Positions 56,904 to 64,000 of a stretch of 64,000 nucleotides of DNA are shown in pieces. Position 1 is the first letter of the stretch, and each line of letters starts with the position of its first letter. A program made the translations under genes and the position numbers. The DNA is taken from sequence record NC_006883.2; one strand, given 5' to 3'. A model generated the notes under the pieces. It did not search any database, was not told where the DNA came from, and worked only from the letters and a program-made list of their open reading frames with translations.

Positions 56904-56932
56904 CCCCTTTGTAAACGACACTACTTTTTATT

Positions 56933-57061
56933 ATGTCACTTGATTCATCTAACGCAGTTTCTTACAACTTTGCGGAGTTCCTACTTGAGAACGCAGATAC
57001 AGCAGCAGATGTATTAGCAGTTCTTGATGATGTTGTGGAGGTGCAAGAGACCGCTTTATAA
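56933..57061 (+). CDS. Small acidic protein (42 aa; not in ORF track)
   Basis: MSLDSSNAVSYNFAEFLLENADTAADVLAVLDDVVEVQETAL; only ORF in this transcription unit. Confidence 0.55.
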   Translation: MSLDSSNAVSYNFAEFLLENADTAADVLAVLDDVVEVQETAL

Positions 57062-57105
57062 ACTGGCACACAAATGCCCCCATCTCCTGTTGGGGGCATT
57101 ATAAT
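57047..57105 (+). promoter_or_regulatory. Palindrome-type early promoter, copy 6
   Basis: gagaCCgcTTtatAAACTGGCACA, 29 nt (with hairpin AATGCCCCC/GGGGGCATT), TATAAT (57100). Confidence 0.7.
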
Positions 57106-57133
57106 AATTACATACACAACAAGGGAGATTCAA

Positions 57134-57622
57134 ATGCCTACGGTTCTTACAAGACAAGAGAGAGACAGAATCATTGGTAGTCTCCAAGATAATGTCCTTA
57201 GATGGACAGAGCAATTATGTGATTCGCTTGCTGAAAACTACAGGCAGTATCACAGAAGAATGATTGAATCTAATGCTGCAAGGTTTAATGCTGATGGAGA
57301 GAGACAAGATCTATCACGCTACGCACAACAGCAATTAGATGCCTTAAATGATGGTACATTCAAAGGAATGAGATTTACCATAGAAAGTGGTAGAAAGTAC
57401 CATAAGATCATTTCAAACGATTGGGATGACCGTAGAGAAGAGTGGAGAAGTGGTGGAGTTCACGCATTTGTCAACAAGCATACAGGTGAAGTTTACAAAG
57501 CAGCATCATGGAAATCTCCAGCAAAGCATGTTAGATACGATCTAAGACTTATTAAGGATCGTGAGTATGTGCTTGATCCACGCAACTGCGGATGGGCAGG
57601 TGGTTATCTTTACATGAGGTAA
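57134..57622 (+). CDS. Conserved phage early protein
   Basis: GRKYHKI...VHAFVNKHTGEVYKAASWKSPAKHVRYDL; start moved to the ATG after the AAGGGAG SD. Confidence 0.75.
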   Translation: MPTVLTRQERDRIIGSLQDNVLRWTEQLCDSLAENYRQYHRRMIESNAARFNADGERQDLSRYAQQQLDALNDGTFKGMRFTIESGRKYHKIISNDWDDRREEWRSGGVHAFVNKHTGEVYKAASWKSPAKHVRYDLRLIKDREYVLDPRNCGWAGGYLYMR

Positions 57623-57627
57623 TCACT

Positions 57628-57786
57628 ATGCTTGTAAATCTATCCAAAGAAGAACTCTGTCTCCTTTCGATTGCACTTAACGAATATCAAATGGAGACAG
57701 ATAATTATCATCTTGATGAAATGAAAGAAATTTCAACCAAGATTGATAACCTTTATAAAGTTTGTACCTGCAAGGGAGGAGATTAA
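57628..57786 (+). CDS. Hypothetical protein
   Basis: GAGGT SD before ATG 57628. Confidence 0.5.
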   Translation: MLVNLSKEELCLLSIALNEYQMETDNYHLDEMKEISTKIDNLYKVCTCKGGD

Positions 57787-57873
57787 ATGCTACATCTTAT
57801 TACATTAGCAGTAATATGTGCTATCGTATCTGCTATGATAGTTTTAACGGTTTACAATCCACATCACCATTAA
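57787..57873 (+). CDS. 28-aa membrane peptide (not in ORF track)
   Basis: MLHLITLAVICAIVSAMIVLTVYNPHHH with GGAGGA SD. Confidence 0.5.
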   Translation: MLHLITLAVICAIVSAMIVLTVYNPHHH

Positions 57874-57874
57874 A

Positions 57875-58045
57875 ATGAATTTCAAACCTATTACACCACG
57901 CACCCGATCAAGGGTAGATGGTAAGTGGATTAAGTGTCCACATTGCTCTCAAACTAACAAAGTATATCATTTTAGTTGGTCAGCATTAGTTTGTATGTGT
58001 TGTAGAGAGAGTGTAGAAAAGTATGAGTGGGGTGTAGAAGTATGA
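57875..58045 (+). CDS. Zinc-ribbon protein (56 aa; not in ORF track)
   Basis: IKCPHC...LVCMCC. Confidence 0.6.
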   Translation: MNFKPITPRTRSRVDGKWIKCPHCSQTNKVYHFSWSALVCMCCRESVEKYEWGVEV

Positions 58046-58188
58046 GTAATCAAATGACCAGTAAGGAAAAACTTCTATTCATTCTATCATTCTTATGGAC
58101 ACTACATTGGGGAACAAGAGTCGTATCTATCGTAGTGGATACGGTTATTCTAAACGCAGGTGTGAGAGCGTTACCAACTGGTTTCTAA
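58042..58188 (+). CDS. Small membrane protein overlapping the next gene (48 aa; not in ORF track)
   Basis: MSNQMTSKEKLLFILSFLWTLHWGTRVVSIVVDTVILNAGVRALPTGF; ATGA-coupled to the upstream gene. Confidence 0.45.
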   Translation: MSNQMTSKEKLLFILSFLWTLHWGTRVVSIVVDTVILNAGVRALPTGF

Positions 58189-58592
58189 ACAATTTCCTAC
58201 CCAGACATCATATTGATGTAACTATCACTCATAGAGGGTTAATTAGAGAGGATGCAATGGGTTTCTGTGACTGGATAGGAACGTCACATAACCCAAGAGA
58301 TTTTGAGATACAGATGCAGTCCAATATGGATGCTAAAATGTATATTGAAACTCTATTGCACGAACTTGTGCATCTTCGTCAATGGGTTCATGGAACTCTG
58401 AAGATGAAGAGTGGTAAGTTTGTATGGAAGGGTGAGGACATACATCATATTGATTATATGAATCAACCCCATGAAGTTGAAGCATTTAGAGAAGAAGGTA
58501 TTCTATACCGTAGATATATGAAAGAAGTGAAGGGTGTGACAGTTAAAGAACCTGCACACTACTTCCCCAATAGATTAATTCAGTCTCTATAA
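58095..58592 (+). CDS. Zinc metallopeptidase (SprT-like, HExxH)
   Basis: ETLLHELVHLRQW and PHEVEA third-ligand motif. Confidence 0.75.
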   Translation: MDTTLGNKSRIYRSGYGYSKRRCESVTNWFLNNFLPRHHIDVTITHRGLIREDAMGFCDWIGTSHNPRDFEIQMQSNMDAKMYIETLLHELVHLRQWVHGTLKMKSGKFVWKGEDIHHIDYMNQPHEVEAFREEGILYRRYMKEVKGVTVKEPAHYFPNRLIQSL

Positions 58593-58599
58593 TAAGAGT

Positions 58600-59490
58600 A
58601 TGAAAAACACCCACATTGAACACCCCGAAGATTCTATCCTTACAGGAGATCTATCGGTATTGGACTGGTTCTGTTCTATGAAGGGTGCAAAGGCATCACT
58701 TAAGATAGACGGAGCTCCAGCAGTAGTATGGGGAACAAATCCTGCTACTGGAAACTTTTTTGTTGGTACTAAGAGTGTATTCAACAAAGTAAAACTTAAG
58801 ATTAATGAGTCCCATGAGGACATTGATTTTCATTATGAAGGTAATGTAGCAAACATACTTCATGCTTGCTTTGAGTATCTACCACGCACTAATGATATTG
58901 TTCAGGGTGACTTTATAGGATTTGGTGGAGATCACACCTATCAACCCAATGTGCTTGTATATTCCTTCTCTGAAGTGATAGACCAAGAGATCATTATTGC
59001 ACCTCATACTGTATATGATACCCCTACAGGGTTGCTTAAGGATGCCATAGCGAGTGGATTAGATTATACTATACAATCTACTGATAAAGTTTTGTTTGTT
59101 ACTCCTAATGTAGAATTTGGTGTAACTCCTACCATTATTGAGAGATGTAAGTTTGCTAGACAGATGGCACAACTTGTTAAGTTTGTTAGCATTAAGGATG
59201 CAAGAGAACTTAAGAAGAAGTTGAACAAATGTATCAGAGAAGGTATTAATACTGGTGATGATGATGGACTTATTAGTTACTGGAAGTTAGTACAATCTAT
59301 CAAGCACGACTTCCTTAATCAGTTCTCTCATGATGCTGATTTTGGTACATTCCTTTATGATGGTGACACCATACAAGAAGTAGATGGTGAGGGTTATGTG
59401 ATGTGGAACAGTATAGGAACTTATAAATTAGTTGATAGAGAGGTGTTCTCTCACGCAAATTTTAACCAAACACAGTTTGGGAGGGTTTAA
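58600..59490 (+). CDS. Ligase-fold nucleotidyltransferase-like protein (DUF6267-like)
   Basis: SLKIDGAP (KxDG, I), VQGDF (III), GEGYV (IV), YKLVDR (V). Confidence 0.6.
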   Translation: MKNTHIEHPEDSILTGDLSVLDWFCSMKGAKASLKIDGAPAVVWGTNPATGNFFVGTKSVFNKVKLKINESHEDIDFHYEGNVANILHACFEYLPRTNDIVQGDFIGFGGDHTYQPNVLVYSFSEVIDQEIIIAPHTVYDTPTGLLKDAIASGLDYTIQSTDKVLFVTPNVEFGVTPTIIERCKFARQMAQLVKFVSIKDARELKKKLNKCIREGINTGDDDGLISYWKLVQSIKHDFLNQFSHDADFGTFLYDGDTIQEVDGEGYVMWNSIGTYKLVDREVFSHANFNQTQFGRV

Positions 59491-59687
59491 TGGAAAAGGA
59501 ACCAATTACACTCACAGTTAATCTTACTGAAGCAATAGCAGACCTTCAGTTAGGTATATGTGATGAACAAATAGAGGTCATTGCTAATGACATCAAACGA
59601 GGGTGGGACTTCTCTCACATATATGAGGAGATCGAAGCAAAGGTGGAGGAATCTGCCAGATATGCTAACATTACATTATCCAACTGA
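59490..59687 (+). CDS. Small acidic protein
   Basis: Coupled ORF. Confidence 0.55.
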   Translation: MEKEPITLTVNLTEAIADLQLGICDEQIEVIANDIKRGWDFSHIYEEIEAKVEESARYANITLSN

Positions 59688-59693
59688 TTTAAA

Positions 59694-59978
59694 ATGTCAC
59701 AACTATCTGAAAGCACAATCAACAAACTTGCAGACACACTTGTAAGTGATGTTATTGATTACATACAAGAGGATGATCGGTTAAGAGACTTCTACCTTGA
59801 GGTCATAGGTGATGCTGTATGCGAAAAGTTAGGTAACAAGAATGAGGATGGAACTTGTTCATTTGATAGTGGTCTATCTTCTGAATTGATTATGGCAATA
59901 GCAGATAGAATATTGATTACAACCATACCAAGTGACACTTCAGCAGATTTATTATCATACTTTAGGAATAAGAAATGA
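59694..59978 (+). CDS. Small acidic protein
   Basis: MSQLSESTINKLADTL... Confidence 0.6.
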   Translation: MSQLSESTINKLADTLVSDVIDYIQEDDRLRDFYLEVIGDAVCEKLGNKNEDGTCSFDSGLSSELIMAIADRILITTIPSDTSADLLSYFRNKK

Positions 59979-60127
59979 TACATGATAACGATCTAAAAGA
60001 ACTGCATAATCGTTTCTTTAAAATGATGGGATGTAAACCCAGACGTAAGAAGAAGTCTCATCAATGGTGGGAATCACCTTGGTTGGACTATGATGATCCA
60101 AGAAACTGTTATTATGAAGTTAGATAG
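59975..60127 (+). CDS. Hypothetical protein (50 aa; not in ORF track)
   Basis: MIHDNDLKELHNRFFKMMGCKP...; ATGA-coupled. Confidence 0.4.
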   Translation: MIHDNDLKELHNRFFKMMGCKPRRKKKSHQWWESPWLDYDDPRNCYYEVR

Positions 60128-60683
60128 TAGTAAGTTAATGTATTCAGGTGGTAGCAATGATGAGTGCTATACTCCTGACTATGGTGTTAAACCTATCCTT
60201 AAGTATATTCCGAAGGATGCAGTTGTATGGTGTCCTTTTGATACGCAAGAGAGTGAGTTTGTAAAGCAGATTAGAGAACAGAATGAGGTCATACACTCTC
60301 ATATTGGTACAGGAAAGAACTTCTTTGTATTTGAACCGCATGGATGGGATGTGATGGTATCAAATCCACCATTTACTAATAAACGTAAATACTTTGAGAG
60401 AGCATTATCATTCAATAAACCTTTTGCATTAATAATGACTAACACTTGGTTGAATGACTCAGCACCTAAGCAGTTGTTTAAGGATAGGGACTTACAGTTG
60501 CTTATGTTTGATAAGAGAATGAAGTTTATTAGTCCTGATGGTAGGGATAATGATAAGATCACGTTCAGTAGCAGTTATTATTGTTGGAATATGCTACCAA
60601 AGCAGATCGTAATGGAAACCCTTGATGTGCCAGCTAAGAAAGTGGCACAGAAGAGCAGCAGCGAGGCAGTTCTACCACTATAA
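60114..60683 (+). CDS. Minimal N6-adenine methyltransferase
   Basis: DECYTP, VVWCPFD (motif I-like), KNFF, VSNPPF (IV); no separate TRD. Confidence 0.75.
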   Translation: MKLDSSKLMYSGGSNDECYTPDYGVKPILKYIPKDAVVWCPFDTQESEFVKQIREQNEVIHSHIGTGKNFFVFEPHGWDVMVSNPPFTNKRKYFERALSFNKPFALIMTNTWLNDSAPKQLFKDRDLQLLMFDKRMKFISPDGRDNDKITFSSSYYCWNMLPKQIVMETLDVPAKKVAQKSSSEAVLPL

Positions 60684-60684
60684 T
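60626..60684 (+). promoter_or_regulatory. Palindrome-type early promoter, copy 7 (inside MTase 3' end)
   Basis: TGTGCCAGCTaagaAAGTGGCACA, 29 nt, TATAAT (60679). Confidence 0.8.
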
Positions 60685-60708
60685 AGAAAAGTAAACAAGG
60701 AGGACACT

Positions 60709-60876
60709 ATGCAAGTATTTGATTCTGTAGACCTCTTGGTTGATACCTATGAGAAGTATCTCACAGAACAAGGATTACCGTATGTTTCTGCTGATGAGCA
60801 GGACTTATCCGAACTTACCACCGATCAGGTAAGATGGATTGAATCATTTCAACAACTATGGGATCTTGCAACATGA
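60709..60876 (+). CDS. Small acidic early protein
   Basis: AGGAGG SD; MQVFDSVD... Confidence 0.65.
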   Translation: MQVFDSVDLLVDTYEKYLTEQGLPYVSADEQDLSELTTDQVRWIESFQQLWDLAT

Positions 60877-61100
60877 AACTAACTAAGTACCTAGTCACCG
60901 ACATTATGTTCGACTTTGAAGATTCACAAGGTGAGTTGGATAAGGAAGATCAAATTGATGTATGTCAAGATACGTTGGGTATCTGGGAGGCAGAAGACGA
61001 GGATGAGTTAGTTGATAAGATTTCTGATAGAATGGGATGGTGCGTACAATCAATAAACTACACTACTAATCTTTTACATCCACTTACTTCCTATCTTTAA
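60873..61100 (+). CDS. Small acidic early protein
   Basis: YLVTDIMFDFED...GIWEAEDEDELVDKIS..GWCV. Confidence 0.65.
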   Translation: MKLTKYLVTDIMFDFEDSQGELDKEDQIDVCQDTLGIWEAEDEDELVDKISDRMGWCVQSINYTTNLLHPLTSYL

Positions 61101-61101
61101 A

Positions 61102-61365
61102 ATGGCAAATTTAACTAATTTAACTTCAATCCAAAAAGATGAATTAATTCAAAAGTATATTGAGTTACAAGTTGATGGTATGGATCATAAAGATATGTAC
61201 CATTTTGTATATAATGTTCTTGCAGAAGACTTTGACAAGTTATCAGATCTTGAACTTGAAGATGAGATTAGATATACATTTGATGATGAAACATTTGATG
61301 ATTTGATTGAGAGTGTATCTAATGAAACTGTCCTTGACACTAACAATACTGGAGGTAAGTATTAA
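61102..61365 (+). CDS. Very acidic small protein, paralog A
   Basis: About 22 D/E vs 6 K/R in 87 aa; KYIELQVDGMD. Confidence 0.7.
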   Translation: MANLTNLTSIQKDELIQKYIELQVDGMDHKDMYHFVYNVLAEDFDKLSDLELEDEIRYTFDDETFDDLIESVSNETVLDTNNTGGKY

Positions 61366-61610
61366 TGCCAAACTTAAATGATTCTCAAATTTATGACATC
61401 ATTAAGCAGTATGTTGAGATCAAAGTTGATAGAATGGATACACAAGAATTAGTAGAACATGTTACTGAAAACCTTAAAGATTGGTACTCTGATTTCTCAT
61501 TAGAGGAGTTAGAATGTGTCATAAGTGGTGATGATGAAGATCTATTTGAAGAGTTGGTTGATAATGTAACTCAACAGTATCCTAAACAACTTAACACTTT
61601 TGGAGGTTAA
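61365..61610 (+). CDS. Very acidic small protein, paralog B
   Basis: About 20 D/E vs 5 K/R in 81 aa; QYVEIKVDRMD aligns with paralog A. Confidence 0.7.
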   Translation: MPNLNDSQIYDIIKQYVEIKVDRMDTQELVEHVTENLKDWYSDFSLEELECVISGDDEDLFEELVDNVTQQYPKQLNTFGG

Positions 61611-61614
61611 TCTA

Positions 61615-61848
61615 ATGGCAAGAGCATTACACATGACTCACGATGAACTCTATGAAATGGTCAAGTTGTATGATCTATTGAGAGATATGGATTTTGAGTT
61701 ATCATCTAAACAAGTTGATGTACTTGACCGCTTGCAAGAAATGGAGAGTGGATTTGGTGCAGAAGACGTAAAAGAGTGTATAATAGAAGGGAACGATTAT
61801 TCTGAGTGTGTTGACCGTATGGTTGAATCTATGGAGGTATCCCAATGA
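61615..61848 (+). CDS. Small acidic protein
   Basis: GGAGG SD. Confidence 0.6.
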   Translation: MARALHMTHDELYEMVKLYDLLRDMDFELSSKQVDVLDRLQEMESGFGAEDVKECIIEGNDYSECVDRMVESMEVSQ

Positions 61849-62045
61849 ACAAAGTATTTTTAACTCTAACTGAAGATGAGTACAGTTTAGTTGTATGGTC
61901 ACTTGAGCAAATGTGGTTAGACTTTAATCCACAAGAAGAACAGGATGCTCACAATGCTATATCAAAATTGAAAGAAATGACAGACTTTGTGCCAGCTAAG
62001 GAAGTGGCACACATACACAAGAAAAGGGATTTAGACTCGCTATAA
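61845..62045 (+). CDS. Small protein ending in the promoter-encoded tail
   Basis: GGAGG SD; ends VPAKEVAHIHKKRDLDSL. Confidence 0.6.
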   Translation: MNKVFLTLTEDEYSLVVWSLEQMWLDFNPQEEQDAHNAISKLKEMTDFVPAKEVAHIHKKRDLDSL

Positions 62046-62046
62046 T
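61988..62046 (+). promoter_or_regulatory. Palindrome-type early promoter, copy 8 (inside ORF 3' end)
   Basis: TGTGCCAGCTaaggAAGTGGCACA, 29 nt, TATAAT (62041). Confidence 0.8.
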
Positions 62047-62072
62047 AGAAGAGTAAACAAGGGAACCACCCA

Positions 62073-62315
62073 ATGCAAATTTCTTCTAAAGATGGGAATA
62101 TGGTTGTTGACTTCTATCCAACGAAAGATGCCAACAACAAGGTGTATTCCGATAAGATATTGAAAGTATTATCTTTCAGAGGTGATACACAGAAAAAGAT
62201 GGTGATCTCCAGAGATCATTTCTACTATCAAGTGAGAGAGTATATTCTCACTCACAAGTATAGAGTCACAGATGACGCTATGCTACCACAATTCATTTCC
62301 TCGGAGGCAGTTTAA
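62073..62315 (+). CDS. Conserved cyanophage early protein
   Basis: MQISSKDGNMVVDFYP. Confidence 0.65.
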   Translation: MQISSKDGNMVVDFYPTKDANNKVYSDKILKVLSFRGDTQKKMVISRDHFYYQVREYILTHKYRVTDDAMLPQFISSEAV

Positions 62316-62602
62316 TGTTACCAGAGTACAGACCAGTTAAAGCATTGAATGACTTTGTTGATTATGTTTGGTCATTCTACGGAGAGCATGAGGACACTCT
62401 TTACCCTATCAAGGGATTACAAAAGAGAGACATCTACAATGCCTTCTTTACCTACAAGGATAGAATAGAGAAGGGTGACATTGAGTACACCCATTACTCT
62501 TGGGGTTTTGGTGATAGTTTAGATCGTGAGAGAGTAAGAGACATCATACTTGAGAATCCAAAATTTAAACAAGTAAACCGTTTCGATCTTTTAAACCAAT
62601 GA
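62315..62602 (+). CDS. Hypothetical protein
   Basis: DFVDYVWSFYG...YPIKG...DSLDRERVRDI. Confidence 0.65.
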   Translation: MLPEYRPVKALNDFVDYVWSFYGEHEDTLYPIKGLQKRDIYNAFFTYKDRIEKGDIEYTHYSWGFGDSLDRERVRDIILENPKFKQVNRFDLLNQ

Positions 62603-62823
62603 GAACACCATCTAACCAACTCTTCGCAGACATCGACTTCTTAGTGGATGAACTGGGTATGAACGCTAATGAGTGTGATGATGTTTTACACGCTTGTGAT
62701 GAGTTAGGAGGCATTAGTGCTGAATACTTCTGTGAGGAGTTTATCTTTGAAACTGGTGATCCTGATGACATTGATAGATTACACGATCCAAACTACCTTA
62801 AAATCAACTGGGGTTTAAACTAA
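62599..62823 (+). CDS. Small acidic protein
   Basis: Coupled ORF; SAEYFCEEFI. Confidence 0.6.
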   Translation: MRTPSNQLFADIDFLVDELGMNANECDDVLHACDELGGISAEYFCEEFIFETGDPDDIDRLHDPNYLKINWGLN

Positions 62824-62865
62824 TCCCCCAGTAACCTTTTACATCCACTTACTAATTTTTTTAAA

Positions 62866-63075
62866 ATGACCGAACTATTAAACAGTTACACATTTGAAGC
62901 AAAGAAAATTGTTTACTATTCAGTAACAGTTGGTGCAGAAAATAAAACTGAAGCAAAGAGAATTGCATCTGATTTTGAACATTGCAAACATTATGAAGAG
63001 GTTGAGTATTGTGAAGGATATGAGTATAAGGTAGGTAAACTATTAGAAACAACTGATGAAAAATGGTTAACATGA
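62866..63075 (+). CDS. Hypothetical protein
   Basis: YTFEAKKIVYYSVTVGAENKTEAKRIA. Confidence 0.6.
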   Translation: MTELLNSYTFEAKKIVYYSVTVGAENKTEAKRIASDFEHCKHYEEVEYCEGYEYKVGKLLETTDEKWLT

Positions 63076-63150
63076 TGGAACCATTAGACTCTAAGGTGTA
63101 TGAAGAGTTAAAACAAGCAACACCAACAATCAAGTATTATTTCCTTTATA

Positions 63151-63360
63151 ATGAGAAGAACAATGACAGAAGAAACGAAACTGATCTGTGCATTAACCGA
63201 GGGTGAGATTAGTACAATCTTACATTCATTACAAGTGTATGCACATAGGCATCAAACAACTGATGAGATTGAGAGAGTATTTGAAGAGTTAGAAGGTGTA
63301 GTTGACGTACATTATGATAAAACTTGGCAACAGGAGTTTATACCAAACTTCCATGATTAA
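63151..63360 (+). CDS. Hypothetical protein
   Basis: Tandem ORF. Confidence 0.5.
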   Translation: MRRTMTEETKLICALTEGEISTILHSLQVYAHRHQTTDEIERVFEELEGVVDVHYDKTWQQEFIPNFHD

Positions 63361-63568
63361 GATTGATTCATTAAGTAGAGCAATCGGATCAGTATTGATT
63401 GTTATATCTTACTTTGTTGTTTTAAATGTCTCTGCAACAATCGGAGCAGCAATGTATTTGGTGAGTCATTTTCTAAGTATGCCTTACTTTGTAAGGACGA
63501 AGGGGTGGGATGTAGTGGTAATGTTATCATTTTTAATTGTGATTAGCATTGCCAAGTTAATAGCGTAA
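63353..63568 (+). CDS. Small three-helix membrane protein
   Basis: RAIGSVLIVISYFVVL...LSMPYFVRTKGWDVVVMLSFL; start moved to ATG 63353. Confidence 0.65.
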   Translation: MIKIDSLSRAIGSVLIVISYFVVLNVSATIGAAMYLVSHFLSMPYFVRTKGWDVVVMLSFLIVISIAKLIA

Positions 63569-63579
63569 ATGTTAAGAGA

Positions 63580-63608
63580 TTGACAAATAAGGGAAAAAGT
63601 ATTATAAT
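63580..63608 (+). promoter_or_regulatory. Sigma70-type promoter
   Basis: TTGACA, 17 bp, TATAAT. Confidence 0.85.
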
Positions 63609-63637
63609 TAGTATCAACCACCACCACCCTAAGTCCA

Positions 63638-63862
63638 ATGAAAGAAGTAACATTTACTAGCGAAGAGTTTGATTTAGTTTTTAATTTATTACAAGATCAT
63701 TTGGAAGACATAATGCAAGATGAGTTTTTCCATGTTGATAGTCATGAAGCAGCAGAGAAGGCAACACAATTAACTGTTGATAGTCTGCGAGCAATGAAGA
63801 ATTATATGAATGATAAGTTAGAGTCAGATTGTTTTGAGGGTGCAGCAGGTTTAACAGCATGA
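63638..63862 (+). CDS. Small acidic protein
   Basis: First ORF after the promoter. Confidence 0.55.
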   Translation: MKEVTFTSEEFDLVFNLLQDHLEDIMQDEFFHVDSHEAAEKATQLTVDSLRAMKNYMNDKLESDCFEGAAGLTA

Positions 63863-64000
63863 GTGAAGAAGAACTTGAGCAGTTTGAAAAGGCACTTGAA
63901 ACTTTTATGGAGTATGCAAGTGTCGAAGAACTTAATTATTTGAGAAGAGAATCAACCCGAAAGTATAATCAGTCTTATTATGCACATAAGGCAAAGAAAC
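63859..64000 (+). CDS. Hypothetical protein, truncated by the window end
   Basis: MSEEELEQFEKALETFMEY..., ATGA-coupled, no stop before 64000. Confidence 0.45.
   Translation, partial: MSEEELEQFEKALETFMEYASVEELNYLRRESTRKYNQSYYAHKAKK

Larger units (their letters stand above)
61071..62853 (+). repeat. 18-bp direct repeat in two translation-initiation regions
   Basis: CTTTTACATCCACTTACT at 61071-61088 and 62836-62853, each followed by TTTAAAATG. Confidence 0.85.

Noticed and set aside
55817-56932. tRNA, tmRNA or group I intron in the structured non-coding zone
   Set aside because: No cloverleaf with a T-loop and 7-bp acceptor, no tag ORF, no interrupted gene or P7 core recognised by eye; tRNAscan/Infernal were not run, so this is provisional.

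Overview
A 64-kb segment of a T4-like marine cyanomyovirus (Kyanoviridae), very probably Prochlorococcus phage P-SSM2 or a close relative. The 233-aa PebS matches the P-SSM2 enzyme as I recall it; I could not run a database check. There are three zones. (1) 1-14.6 kb: replication helpers (gp59, gp32) and T4 core tail/baseplate genes (gp53, gp48, gp2-like and gp4 on the minus strand; gp54, gp26, gp51, two tape-measure-like genes, gp27-like hub and gp5 on the plus strand). (2) 14.6-39.8 kb: a large late operon of fibre/spike proteins, with five collagen-containing fibres, a pectate-lyase-like spike, a 1908-aa protein with an S74 chaperone and a Gly-rich adhesin candidate, preceded by (C/A)TAAATA late promoters. 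(3) 39.8-64 kb: an early/middle accessory region with four DNA methyltransferases (one split in two), a candidate restriction endonuclease, a ParB-like/winged-helix fusion, an SF2 helicase, auxiliary metabolic genes (pyrE, purN, pebS, cp12, 2OG-Fe(II) oxygenases) and many small ORFs. The strongest leads are eight copies of a 24-bp palindrome 28-30 nt upstream of TATAAT boxes (four written into the last 18 codons of upstream genes), a cluster of structured non-coding elements at 55.8-56.9 kb, a P2/lambda-style slippery heptamer joining gp26 to gp51, a ParB-like protein with a DpnI-type m6A-reader domain beside a split permuted methyltransferase, a restriction-modification module bracketed by the palindromes, and matching docking modules that suggest a branched fibre. 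All domain calls are from motif recognition by eye. No tRNA, CRISPR array, integrase, transposase, intron or intein was recognised.
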